Shown: piece by piece, positions 49,414 to 61,989 of the stretch
Layout of the letters: each line of letters begins with the position of its first letter
How positions within the stretch are numbered: position 1 is the first letter of the stretch
NCBI GenBank assembly: GCA_002633005.1
Contig: NMRA01000800.1
Location: forward strand, 62,001-126,000
Source of the DNA: Phoronis australis
Lineage: Eukaryota > Animalia > Phoronida
Length of the DNA stretch: 64,000 nucleotides
Direction: 5' to 3'
Program-made: the position numbers and the translations under genes
Notes under the pieces: generated by a model
Seen by the model: only the letters and a program-made list of their open reading frames with translations
The model's database searches: none
What the model was told of the DNA's origin: nothing

Positions 49414-51279
49414 ATTGGCATGTTGACTTTTACCAGTGTTCTGAAATTGAAAAGAATTCCTTGAAAAACGTAAGAGATATAACATTTTGAACGTTACATG
49501 ACCTTTGCTCTAATTGACCTTATCCGGTGCATCTTAAGCATCTTTCGGAGAATTATTGCAAAGCCCATGGAAAATGTGTTTAATGCTAAGAATCACAGTT
49601 GTCTAACGGTTGACACATCAGAATATTTGTTGATTGAAAAGGTCAAATTTTCAGAAGCAAAATGCACCTAATGATCCCATGTTCGCACTAAATGACCTGA
49701 AACTTTGGATTCCGATTTGATTTACCTGTAGCAATCAAACCTGTCAATTTGAAGTGTCTAGCTCAAAATTTTAGTTTGCACCTAATGACCTTTGACCTAT
49801 TTCACCTGACTGGATGACCCTATTACTTAGAAAAGTAATTTTTTAAATTGTCATGTTGATTAATACCTGTGCACCGAATTTGCAAGATAGCTTTAAAACT
49901 GAAGGAGAAGTAGCATTTGGAAAATTATATGACCTTTGCACCAAACGACCTCTTCCGGTGCAATATGGAATATGATTATATAACCAATCAAAATTTATAT
50001 ACTGTCAAAAGTCATATGCTGAATTTGAAGACCGTACCTGCACCCAATTTGGAGTTATTAAGCCTCAAAGTTGGTCGGAAGAAGAATAAGAATAAGAAGA
50101 ATAAGAATAAGAATAAGAATAAGAATAAAATTGAAGAAAACCCAGGAACAACAATACTCTGCGCTTACAAGCGCAGAGTAATAATGTATATGTACATGCA
50201 TATCTAAATAAAGATTCCCCTAACATCTGACCGTAACAATGCATAGCGGAGTTATTGTTTCACAACAGCTTTTTGTCAGAAAACCCTGAATTGTAGTGCG
50301 CTCACGCGGCATCGGTGCCCGGTTAGTTAGCTTTATTGCATCTCTTAGGTAAGCCGGCATTCGTCAGTGAAAGCACTGTCGGCGAAATGCCGGCCACAGA
50401 CACGGAGATGTTTCACGGTCTCATACTTCGTATTAACGGCTTACTTTTCATTCTTCACTGCCGTGAGTCACTTCTGTAGAATTTCGGGTTCTCGAGGAAA
50501 TCGAAAAAACGATATACCCGCTTTCCCCGCAGCTTCATAGTTCGCACAAGCGGGAACGATTCGCCACACCATAGTGGCACTCACTCTGCAGAAGAATCAC
50601 TGACATCGCTGCATCGTTTACTCACCTTCCTAACAGGTTAACGCGACACCTCTCCGCGAGGTAAGATCTACCGTATACGAGGTGATGTGGATATAGACCG
50701 ATTAAGGCGGTAAAAAAGACCAATTGAATCGGGTGGCATTCTCCTTTAACGCTCTAATATACGTCGAGGAGATTCCTTGTCAGTGTGTTGTGTTAACTAA
50801 AGTTACTTCCAGTGTCATACAAAGAGTTTTGCATCTAGTGGGGACATCTAGTGAATAGGGATTTGTATTTGGCTTTCGATATTTCGTTGATTTATTCTTC
50901 TGCTTCATAAAATGGAATCCTGGTGCTTGCAACTCATATTCGGTCGCAGTAAAATAATGTTTCGACTTTGATTACAATTCATAAATGTTCCAACGTTCAT
51001 CTGCTACCAAACCTATGTTGCGACGATAACCATAAATAACAATGCTAGGACTTGCAATCTATTTTATGTTATATTTTTCAACGAAAGTTCGAGCACGAAC
51101 TAACTTGGTGACACAACTACACGTACACTGCCGCTAGACACTTGTGCAACACAAGACAGTGATACGACGGCGACTGCCGTAACTACTTAACTAGACTTAA
51201 CAAACCCGAATGAAACGAACTAAAATGGTTGAGCTGTAGTTATAGTAATATTAACTAAAGTCTCTTTAGCAATCTGCCT

Positions 51280-52240
51280 TCCGCCTGTGCCTCTGGCACC
51301 GTGACTTCAGCCTCGCAGGCTAGCCTTCTCAACTTAGCCTCACGTGCTTGCCTTCACTCATCAGTTTCATCTTCGCGGCCTTGCCTTCTATCATCAGTTT
51401 CAGCCTCACGTGCTGCCATGTCATGGGTCTCAGCTTTTTATTTCTCGACTGAGCGCTTAAGTTCGTTCCCCTGGAGACCCATCTCTTGTCCGTGGGCATT
51501 AACTCCCTTAGTTGTCATCTTGTCTCCGAAGTGAGTCGCTAACTCCAACGATCCACTTTATCGCAGCTTCTTGCCGCCAGTTACCACCTGTTGTGTTCGC
51601 CAATTGTCACATTTTCCCCCGTTGATGGGTGGCATCACGCTGTAACCGACCGGTTCTAATATCTCTCGGTGCGATGATAGACTGAAGACTGGTTCGAGTT
51701 AATGACTTTATTAATACTGACCGTATGTTCACAAGTCAATATACACAAAGCGTCTGACGCAATGTGTGTTCTATGCTCCAGCCAGTGCTGCGACGCCTTG
51801 ACCTGTGATGAACACTTCAGTCACTTCCAGCAACTGCTAATCTTTGATTCAGTAACCTACTTCTTTCAAGCTGGTTATGTGTTGACTAATGCTGAAACTG
51901 TTGATTCTAAAACTTCAACACAGCTCAAGTCTACTCTAACTCCACTTCAACTTCAGCTGAGATAAACTTCAACGTAAACTCAAATGAGCTCATCTGGCTC
52001 ACAATAATCCGCAACTTGGTATTCATATTCTCTAACGTTCTGAAACATTTCACGGATAAACACATTCTGGAACTTTTCAGTAGTGAGTAAATTCGTTCTA
52101 GAACTGGTTTTCTGTAAACAAAAACAAGTCTCTAGACTGTGGTTCAATTCACTAGCTACTGATGGGATGGAACATTCCTGTAGAATGTTCTCTAGTTTTC
52201 TATTCTAAGCAACTTGCATCACCACTAGCCAGTCCTCATT
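51280..52240 (-). mobile_element. Gypsy-type 5' LTR, PBS and gag N-terminus fragment
   Basis: On the minus strand the LTR ends ...GTGACA (51605), followed by PBS-like TGGCGAACAC, then charged gag-like GQEMGLQGNELKR...REAETDDRRQGREDE. Confidence 0.6.
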
Positions 52241-52254
52241 CTACTGGAGTGTCT

Positions 52255-52870
52255 TCCAGTGCTACTCTGCTCGAATTATTCGTCAAACTGATACATCCGT
52301 GGCTGTGTTATGGCACTGAAATTTGGGGATTTAGGGACTACCATATCATTGTAAAGGTGCATTTGCGTTTTTGTAAAATTATTCTTGGGAGTAGGAGCCG
52401 CCTGCCCTAATGTTATAGTTTTAAGTGAATATGGGAGGTTCCATGTGTACACTAGATATTATGTAACACTGGTTAAATTCTGGTTTTAAGTCCTGAAGAT
52501 GTCGTCTGACGGATACAGTTCAAGAAAAACTTTGCAGTAGAACCGTACGTAAAATTCGGTTTGCCACGAGTTTTCATCCAAACTACCTCGAAGTTTCGTT
52601 GTATCAGCCATACCTCCTTCCCTAGTTGTGAGTCGGTGGTATTTAAAATTGGCTATGATGATAAAATATCCCCTTTCTGTACAAGAAACTGTGGTGAAGG
52701 GGAATTGCATTTTTACGGTTAAAAAACGAAAAGATATCTTATGCAGAGAAATGTAGGATGTCTACATTCTATGACCTTGAACGCTATTGTTGTACTTTGA
52801 GCCTCTGGATTTATATACAATGGAATTAAGAATACGCGTACCGGGTACAAGTATGCAGTTCCTGAAAGTA
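52255..52870 (+). mobile_element. LINE 3' fragment (RT thumb / C-terminal region)
   Basis: LLELFVKLIHPWLCYGTEIWG...KVHLRFCKIILG, and a later CPFC...ELHF-type knuckle remnant (~52665-52715). Confidence 0.65.
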
Positions 52871-53475
52871 TATATCCCATAATAGTCTATTTTTAATGTT
52901 TCCTCAATCTTTTACCTATTGTGTCACGTGACCATGTTTCTGTAGTAAAATTTGCCTTAAAATGTACATTGGTACCAAAACGAGGATATCATTAACATGG
53001 TCAAATTTCAGTTGTTCATATCTCCCGTTTTGTTGCTCTTTTGCAATTTGCTATTGAACGCATACGTGATTTCTACATTTTAACAGATGTTGAATACTGT
53101 CTTAATTATTTGTGTTAGCAACGCATTAGGGCCATACGTACAGTACTATTCATTTTGAGACCAATGAGCACGTTTCTTGAACTGTTCTATCAGTGGAATT
53201 AGACAGCTGGACTCCATCAGCCATTCTCCCTAGCAATTTTTTGTCCTATCAAGCGAAAACAATGTATCCAAGATCTTATTACCCAATCCCATGTAGTAAG
53301 GATTATCTTAGACAAACGGAACTTTAGTGATAGATACATGTACACTGACATTTCTTGACTAAAACATTTCTTGTCTGACTATTCTTTTTGTGGGCTCGGG
53401 TTTTCAATTCTGTGCGCGCCAATACCACTTCGATCAAATTTGTGAATATGTTATACTGTTGCGGGCATTTTTCAG

Positions 53476-53688
53476 CAACCAACGTGGCCAAAAATAAAAA
53501 AGCAATGCAAATGTCAGACCATCCGTCAGGTCCCGCATCGAAAGCTATAGATGGAAATGACAGTCCGATTTTTGGACACTCATCTTGCACGCACGTAAAA
53601 GATTGGGAGTATCACCCCTGGTGGAAGGTGGATTTGTTCGACATTCACCACGTCCATGGAGTCAAAATCACAAACAGACAGGCTGCCG
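53476..53688 (+). CDS. Host mosaic protein exon: F-type lectin domain 2, N-terminal half
   Basis: Acceptor catttttcag|, donor |gtacgt, 213 nt (same length as FTP1 N-exon), phase 1-1. TNVAKNKKAMQMS...KAIDGN...SCTHV...PWWKVDL...VKITNRQAA. Confidence 0.93.
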
Positions 53689-54717
53689 GTACGTTGTTTT
53701 AATTTGCACTACTGCGTGATGCCGTGCGCTTTTCCAGGTGGAAACACCAGCCTTCACTGCGACGTTACTGTTACTCACAATTGAAGCCCTTACATTTCTG
53801 AGACAATATAGACGCGCACACTTTACGACATTGACTCTGGATTTTTTCCCATTGCTCTTGGCGCCATTGTGCTGAACATCGGAAATTTGCTCGAGGTTTG
53901 TAAAATTTGGAAACCTGCAAGTGGTGTATTGATCGAGGCCTTTTGACAATCCAGTAAGCTTAGGAATCCGCCAAGTAAGGACAGCAAAGGCCAAAGGCAA
54001 CCATCGTTTTAATAAGGGAAATAACGCCAATTTACGCTGCTCCAGCCTATCAGTGAAAAATCAAATCTATTGTGTATACAATGATTCGCGAGAACCCTAG
54101 AGTAGAATCAAGGCTGCGTTCAGTAGACTCATGACAATTGCGGATTCGCACGATCACCCAAGATCACACAAAAACTCAAGAATAAACTACAGGACCTTCC
54201 TGGTGCACTCTATCAAAATGGCAGCTGCTAGAATGATTGGCTTTTTGAGAAGATTTTTGTGCTTTGACTGCGAATTTTTTCGAACTCGCTGCAGCAGGAC
54301 ACTGTAAATGGTATTAAAAAAAGAACACTTGCTCATGATTTGTTGAACACCGTTTTGTGCGAATTTATTGAGTTTTGTGTTCCATATGGACGGCTGAAGT
54401 GAAGAACCCGTGGAATTTCTAGTCCCAAGTGTCATATCTTGTAGTACATATATATAGAGAGAAGCTGAGGACGCCTGTGAACGTATCATCATGAACACTC
54501 ATCACGCGGGACCCGGTATCCAGGCATCGAATTGCTGGCGACATCATCTGTGTTGTCAGCGTCAGGGTCATCACTGATCATGTATTGGTCGTGGTCAAGA
54601 CGTTGGTATTCTTGTTTTCGTCTTCAACCTCAATTTGAAGACCTTTATTCGATTTCTGCAAGTGTAGCTCTTTTCAGCGCTTTCATTTAGTTCATACTCC
54701 TTTGGTTTTGTTACCAG

Positions 54718-54915
54718 GAGAAAGATTACACGACGTAAAAGGTACAGTCGCCATATGGTACGACAAACATGAGTGCTTCTTCTTCAAAGGCCCTGGAACG
54801 GGAGGGGAAAAGATATACAGGGAATGTCCAAGAGAACTAGCTGGACGTATCGTGCAGATTCAGTTAATGGCCGATTCAGCAATTCTGACCTTATGTGAGG
54901 TTGAGATTTATATGT
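54718..54915 (+). CDS. Host mosaic protein exon: F-type lectin domain 2, C-terminal half
   Basis: Acceptor ttttgttaccag|, donor |gtgagt, 198 nt, phase 1-1. GERLHDV...HEC...ECPRELAGRIVQIQL...LTLCEVEIY. Confidence 0.93.
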
Positions 54916-56389
54916 GTGAGTATCCTCACAGTGGGCGTGTATTGCTTGTGTGAATACTGCCAAAGCATTGTAGCAGTACCTACTTTAGTTACTTTATATA
55001 ATTGTCAGTCATGTAATCACAAGTGACTAAAAATTTTCGTTTCATCGAATTATTTTCGCCATAACCCATAACGCTGCATTTCAGTGATCTTTCTAAGCTT
55101 TATTATGCGCCCCCGTTTGCGTATGTTGGGTGCACATTGTAGTCATCGAATGTGAACGTGTTGCTTTGTCATCATTTTTATTTGTACCCACGCCACAGGT
55201 CATGTTTCTTGTCCGGTCATCATGAAATTTTCACTCAGTAACTGTTTTATAAATGACTCGAAGCCTGTCATGTTTATTTGAAATGTGCCACAATATGGCA
55301 CTGTGGCGGCCATTTATCATTCGCGGAGTTATCAGTTCAGCGATCGTTTGTCGGGTTCTTCTGAATCTGACATTTGACGTGTAGAGAGATCTTGTAAAGT
55401 CCTAAGGAAAGGTGCCATCTGATTTTGATACAACCTACCGTTTTCTAGTTTTTTTGATATTTCGATGACTGCTCTATAAAAAATTATTTTCATGCCGTAT
55501 TTCCAGCGTTTCTTGACGGGTCTGTTTAAAACTTGGTATTTTTAATGTGAAATTTGTTTCTCGGTCAAACTTACCGTTCTCGAAATATTCAAAATTTGGT
55601 GGTCCAATGGCTATTCTCTTATTGACTTGCTCCTCGCTGCACATGTGTTGGTCTGTCGTATTTTGGTACAGGTCGTATTTTGGTACAGGTCGCATTTTTC
55701 ATAACTATTGTGATCGACATACAATCTATGAACAATGTTTTCCTCGTCAATACCTCAAGAATTCTACTTTTGTGGGCAAAATCGGAGTTAAAATACCGCT
55801 GTTGAGGCCAATATTAAATTTTGGTTTGTCAATAGGCCTTGTCAAGAACTATCGGGTATGTGCGATCCGTTTATCTGTACGACGTAAATTCGTACCGTTC
55901 TCGTCATATTCAAGATTTTCCGATGATCGGTGTTCAATTAAGTTTTCGTGTGGTATCTCAGGCTTCCCTTTAAGGATATTTCTGATTTTTATCATGTGGA
56001 TAAACCTCTTCAAGCTGTATTTGCATTTGGCGAGAGGTTTCTGGTTCCAACTTACCGTTTTTTGTTTTTTTTAGTTTTTCGAGTTTAATCGCTTGCAGCT
56101 CAATTATCGAAACTGCTGACCCATTGTCCAGAGTCCAGCTTCATGGAAATGGACTTAAGGCTTACGACTTCAGACTGTTGTTTAAGTTAAAACCGAAAAT
56201 ATCGCTAAATTAAGATAGAAGACCAAAATTCGGCAAACACTGTTTCACGAAAACAAAGTCCGTTCTTGGTCTTCGCTCTTAACTTAGACAGAAATTAAGC
56301 CAGGATGGAGTTCAATAACGTCAAGACCTACGCTATGACTTCGCTAAAATGCAAGACATTGCGAGATTACGTAAGATGTTGCCGTGTAT

Positions 56390-59010
56390 TTTAAATGAGA
56401 ACTCGTGAGCTCATTATAGGGAATGCTCTTGGAGTCAGCAAAGACCTTGGTGCCGGTTGGCAGTCACGAGATAGTTTCATGTCCGCAGTCACTACCAGTG
56501 CACAGTCTAAGAAGAGAGAAAATCCCATTAAGCCTTTGGCAGTGACTCTACCGGGTGTGGAAAGTCTCCGCGTTAGCAAGTTAGAGGATGAGCAACAACA
56601 CGCTCCTTCCCTACGTAAGGTCGTGGAACTTGCTTAGAACGACAAACCAGTAGGTACACGTAGTAGAGGTAAATACTGGTACGAGAAGCAAAATGGGTTC
56701 CTGTACCGAGTGTATGTTGATGAGACCATAGAGTTGCGTCAGATAAATGTCCCTGACAAATATCGACAACAGGTCATGACGCTAGCTCACGAGTCAATTG
56801 TTCATGGGTACTTTGATGTGAAGAAGACCAGCAATAGAATAGCCAGCAACTTTTGTTGGCCAGACGTTGGCTGTGACGTAAATCGTTTTTGCAGATCATG
56901 TGGCATCTGCCAGCGGACAACTCCTAAAGGCAGGATCTCTAAAGTGGCCTTGGGTGAGATGCCATTTATGGAAGAACCATTCCAGCGTATCGCTGTTGAT
57001 TTGATCGATGCGATCCTGTGTCGCCAATTACCGGTGCATTCTCACCATCGTGGACTGTACCACAAGGTGCCCAGAGGCAATAGCTCTACCCAGAATAAAA
57101 GCTGAGCGAGTCGAGGAAGCACTATTTGAAACCTTCTGTAGAATGGTTTTCATTAGAAGTATTTGGTGACTGTGGGACACAGTTTACCTCAGAAGCGCTG
57201 AAAGGTGTTGTTCGTTTAATATCCATGAGGATACTCCATACAATACAAAACGCAATAAATTGTGCGAGAGTATTAACGGTGTACTGAAAAGTATGCTTCA
57301 GAAAATGTGCCAAGATCGTCTACTGGGTCCGGTACTTGCTAGCAGTACTGTTTGCCTACCGAGAGGTAACACAAGTGAGCACTGGTTTCTCGCTATTTAA
57401 ATTGTTGTATAGTGGAACCGTTTAGAGGGCCCAAGCAGGTGCTTAAAGAATTTGTGGTTTGACAATGATTTCCGGAAGTACGAACCACTTAAGAGAATGT
57501 CCTTGACCTACGACATCGTCTGGAAGAGACATGCGAACTGATGCAGACAAACGTACGGAATGATAGTGAAGCATACAAGCACCATTATGACAAAAAGGTA
57601 CCAGACCGTCGCTTCAAAGTTAGAGACCAAGTTTTGATATTGTTGCCAGCCGACATTAACTAGTTGCTGCTGCAGTGGAGGGGTCCCTATGAAGTGACCT
57701 TAGTGGTCAACAAAATGAACTACCGAGTAAGGTTTGGCGGTAAGGTCAATAATACCATGCCAACCTGCTAAAACTGTACACATCTCATGACCGAAGAGGC
57801 GCGGCAAGTAAAAATTATGTAGATCAGAGCGCTGACATCGCAGCCATCGCTGTACTTCAGTCTGAAATGGACAATGAAGTTGGCATTGTTCGTGATGAAC
57901 CCCAACAATAGCAGGGATCAGAAACCAAAAAGAAACATCTAAAGATGTCACTACTAGCCAAAGAAGGGAGGTGACAGTTCAGCTAGATGTATACTCTGAT
58001 AACTTTAGTGAGGTGCTCAGTACAACCCGTCCGGTTAAGTACAAGACTGAGACCATCAGTGAGCAGCCGGTGAGAGTCAAGCCATATCACCTGCCATATG
58101 ACACACGGTCTGTTGTGCACGAAGAAGTTATTATGTTCAAATGTGGGGAATTAGAGCCATCTGACCCTCGCTATAACTCTCCGGTGGTCTTGGTTAATAA
58201 GAAAGATGGCTCAAATCGATTCTGTATCACTTTTGTCGTTTCAACGCTATCACCAAGTTTGACTCAGAACAGATGGGCAACCCTGATGACATCATGGCCA
58301 CGATCAGCAAAGACGGGCACTTTACGAGGATTGATTTTCGTAAAGGCTACTGGTAAGTCACTGTGACAGATGAATCACGGCCTAAGGCCCCGTTTGTAGT
58401 ACAAAGAGCAAGTTTGTAAAGGCGTAAAGATGCTATTGGGTCTGGTAAACTCGGCAGCTACCTTCAACCGCATGATGAGGAAGATGTTGGCAGGAACACA
58501 TTATACAAAACATTATTTAGATGACATTCTCTGCCACAATATGACCTGAACGGAACACATTGGCACCTTCCGAAATACTTTCCAAAGTGTACCAGAGGCT
58601 GGACTAACAATCCGACCCGCGAAATGGTTGGATTTCGTTCTGTCGATTTCGTTGGACGTGTGGTCGGTGAAGAACATTGGGCAATGGACGAAAAAAGGCT
58701 GGGACGCGTGCGAGATGCATCACGATCCAGAATGAAGAAAGGAGTTCATTCTTTTCTCGGGTTGACTGGCTACTACAGGAAGTTCATTCCAAACTTCGCT
58801 GAAATCGCTGCAATGGGAGGATGCACAGCAACATTTGCTCGACTCACTTCGAGACTTACTGACAAGAGCACACATACTGAGACTACCTGATTTTAGTGGA
58901 TTTAGTGGACTCGTTTTTGTTCAGAATGATGTGTCAGTTACAAGTATAGACTGTGTTTTCTTCCTGTAGAATGATGATGGCAGGTTCCCAGTGCCATGTG
59001 CCAAAAAAGG
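56390..59010 (+). mobile_element. Decayed Gmr1-like Gypsy pol (integrase upstream of RT and RNase H)
   Basis: Integrase Zn-finger AHESIVHG...CRSCGICQ and PFQRIAVDL (56780-57010), WRGPYEV (~57675), then RT YNSPVVLVNKKDGSNRFC (58170), IDFRKGYW, YLDDIL (~58515), SFLGLTGYYRKFIPNFA (58750) and an RNase H remnant. Confidence 0.88.
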
Positions 59011-59757
59011 TACACTCACATCAAACATTGGTGTCAGTAACATGACCAAATTTCTCTTGATATGAATGTTCAAGATGAGATCTCAAAAATGTTGTTGTAG
59101 TTTTCTTACTAAAAGTAATTAGAAATAATTGCAGGCGATCCGCTACACGTTGTATCAGACGTGCTCAGGACGCTCGGGTGGGCCTAATTCACTGTTCATT
59201 TTGATTTCGTTTATGCATTGATTTTCATTACACTAATAATGACCAACAGCGTTTTGTTTCATATAGGGTCAATCTGATCAGCCATTCCTGAATTATACTC
59301 TTCCGCAAATTTGGGCATTTTCCAAGTGTCCAAAATGGCCTTGATATCAAGTTCTATGGACGTCCATGCGATTTGTCCCATATGTTTGGAATGAGAAGAG
59401 CCTGCACAGGTGGTGCTAATTTTTAAATACCGTTGATTTGACGTCCATGGAAACATTTTAAAAAGTGACCACCCCTTAGTGCATTTCTTTACCGCTTGCG
59501 ATATACACGGTGGACGTATACCAGCGCCCTCTGTTGCTCTTGATTTCTAGGAAACGTGATCTTTATTACATCTTTGAAGTTGACAATCTGTTTAGTTTAT
59601 TTTCAAAAACTTGAAAAGCGTCTCTGAATCGGTGCTATTTGCTTGTTTAGTGATGCCGTGAAATGACAGTAGATGATGCACTTCGAACCCGGAAACCTCG
59701 AAATGACGTCATGTTAAACATTTCTATAACACCTAATACAACAAATTTTATTTCTAA

Positions 59758-59937
<180 letters not shown>

Positions 59938-59963
59938 TAAGAATATATATACGTATATGTATA

Positions 59964-59965
<2 letters not shown>

Positions 59966-60008
<43 letters not shown>
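59966..60008. repeat. (TA)n microsatellite 30 nt downstream of the SRCR donor
   Basis: Read directly. Confidence 0.97.
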
Positions 60009-60013
<5 letters not shown>

Positions 60014-61801
60014 CATACGCATACTTATTTACATACACATACATGTACACATACATAAATACAAATATCACCACAATAATCTGACTTACATATGTACAGC
60101 TTATAGAGAAGTCGACAAACGTTTATTGTTTGGTGTTCACTCTTGAAGAAGTATTGAAACTCATAGTTCACATTCACCTTAATTAGTTAGAAGACGGAAA
60201 GCTAACGCACATCTATGATTAGCAAGTCGTTTTCATTTTACAAACCATATATTTGATCGGATCATAGTCATCAAGTCTTGTTTCCTATGAATTACTAAAA
60301 AGTAAGCCACGAACCAAGCTTCCACAGGTTCGACAACCTCTATTGATATTTGTGGTGTTTGTTGAACGTTTTAGGAAACGTCAGGTTCATCTCAGGCTCG
60401 TTGCCAGCAATGCGCGGAGGGTTATTCGAATTTCTAAAACGGTGAACCTTTTGATATTTTGCAAACTTCGACACTGCAGGTTTTCGGTAGAGCCATTGCA
60501 CATCTAATTTTGAAGCAAGGGAAATCTGTGCAGAAGACAATGACTCTCGGCTCCATTTTCCGATACGAAATTCGTAGTCCGGAAATAATGATGCCCTGTC
60601 GGTTGTTCGCTAAAAACGGTCCTAAACTCGGACGTAACGTGGTTCATAAAGAGAACTGTCGCAATGTAAATCAGTAACTCTCTGCCACTCTTTGCAACCA
60701 GGTGTGCTTAAAGGAGTGATTACGCCTCATCACATACTTGGGCGGAAATATTTAGTGGGAGAATGACTTGACGAAATTGTTGGTTTGGTTGTGTTTTTGC
60801 TTTTTAATTTTTATTATACCGGTCTCTAACGATGGTACAGCCTGCCAAATAACTTAGGGAAAAAGAATTTTCTTCAAAACAACTCTATATCCATCTATTT
60901 TATATATCTTTGTATATGCCAATTCAATTGTATATACATGATTGAAATTATACAATTTTATTTATGTATTTTTACGTGTATATATACAGTTGTTTATTCA
61001 AATATTTATTGTCTGTTTATTGTTGAGATTATTACTCTTACTATTAGTATTATTATTGTTGTTATTGTTATTGCTGTAACAATCACAACAGCAATATTAA
61101 TACCACAACCCCTACCACTACTATTATTATTATTCTGTTAAAAAACTTGAAATATAGGGAGGACCAGGATGGAAATATTTTTTTACAATGCCTTACCATT
61201 TGTACATGAATTGTTCTTCTTAATTTATTTTTCTTTTACGAGTCTTGTCTGTCTAAATATATGTCTTCCTTAGAGTGTTAATGGTATATATTGTATTGCA
61301 TTATTTTGTGTGCTGTCATTGTTAAATCAATCAATCGCTCAATCGATTAATCACCACTGGTGACAACCAATAAAATTTTGACGATAACCTTTAGGAAGTT
61401 CGAAAATTACTCAAATATTGAAACGTACTCATTTTAATCTGAAGGCTACTGCGTTGAAAGCGAAAGCAGAAGAGTCGATCGTTTCAACTGTGTGACCTGT
61501 TGTCTGTTGCATGAAAGGTGACTTTAAGACTTAGGGCAGAAATTTGGTGATACTGTCCAATTTCACAATTGTTAAAGTATTAGTCATGTCATTAATAGCA
61601 ATAACTGCCCGGAAATAATGTGTACAAAGTTTATGGATAACTAACAATTATGGGTATATTCTCAGATACATTATTTGTTTGCTAAGTTGATTTTCAGTAT
61701 TATTTTCAGAATTGGTTATGTCGAGCGTAAAATCAAATTTCTGCCATAATTCTTACGTCATTTTTCATGAAACAGGCCCCTGGACACTGGTTTCTTTACA
61801 G

Positions 61802-61989
61802 GAATGCGGAGATCATATTCAATGGGAACCAGTACGACACAGGCAACAACAAGTACCATATCCTGAAGGCTGGCTGCAGAGGTACCGAAGTTTCTCTGGA
61901 TAGGTGTGTGCATGGACAGTGGTCAGGTGGCAATAAAGCAACGTGTTCCACGGGAGGCGTGGCTTCAGTGAGGTGTACAGACCACCGAA
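61802..61989 (+). CDS. Host mosaic protein exon: SRCR domain, second part
   Basis: Acceptor tttctttacag|, donor |gtaagg, 188 nt, phase 2-1 (matches the previous donor, AT+G). NAEIIF...AGCRGTEVSLDRC...W...ATC...VASVRC. Six Cys in total, so group A SRCR. Confidence 0.92.

Larger units (their letters stand above)
44392..50183 (+). mobile_element. HINE-type element, right copy, containing an ISL2EU-like insertion
   Basis: CTAG start at 44392. (AAGAAT)n, sub-TIR ACAACAAT (reverse complement of the 5' ATTGTTGT) and hairpin TACTCTGCGC-N6-GCGCAGAGTA at 50155-50180. Confidence 0.8.
38567..50745. mobile_element. Kolobok-like non-autonomous DNA transposon, copy 2, split into three pieces by nested insertions
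   Basis: TTAA|AGTAGAATTCCACC (38563-38580) and GGTGGCATTCTCCT|TTAA (to 50749). Pieces at 38567-38840, ~42740-43190 and ~50200-50745 match copy 1 in reverse orientation. Confidence 0.78.

Noticed and set aside
38841-50183. Simple inverted segmental duplication or mirror mis-assembly
   Set aside because: The ISL2EU insertion sites differ between arms, the MITE is in one arm only, and the arms sit between consecutive pieces of a single Kolobok-like element. Independent insertion fits better, though the N at 39747 leaves some doubt.
38812-50207. Thrice-repeated ORF MTFAPND...NLELLSLKVGRKKNK as a small gene family
   Set aside because: It lies in the HINE terminal block and runs into an (AAGAAT)n microsatellite. 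The repetition reflects element copies, not coding conservation.
55547-56074. 175-aa ORF
   Set aside because: No recognisable domain, crosses a 17-bp tandem duplication and repeat-like sequence, and has no convincing splice sites.
60938-61141. Hydrophobic ORF as the transmembrane exon of the host gene
   Set aside because: Low-complexity (ATT/GTT)n sequence inside the phase-2 intron that splits the SRCR domain. Inclusion would break the domain.
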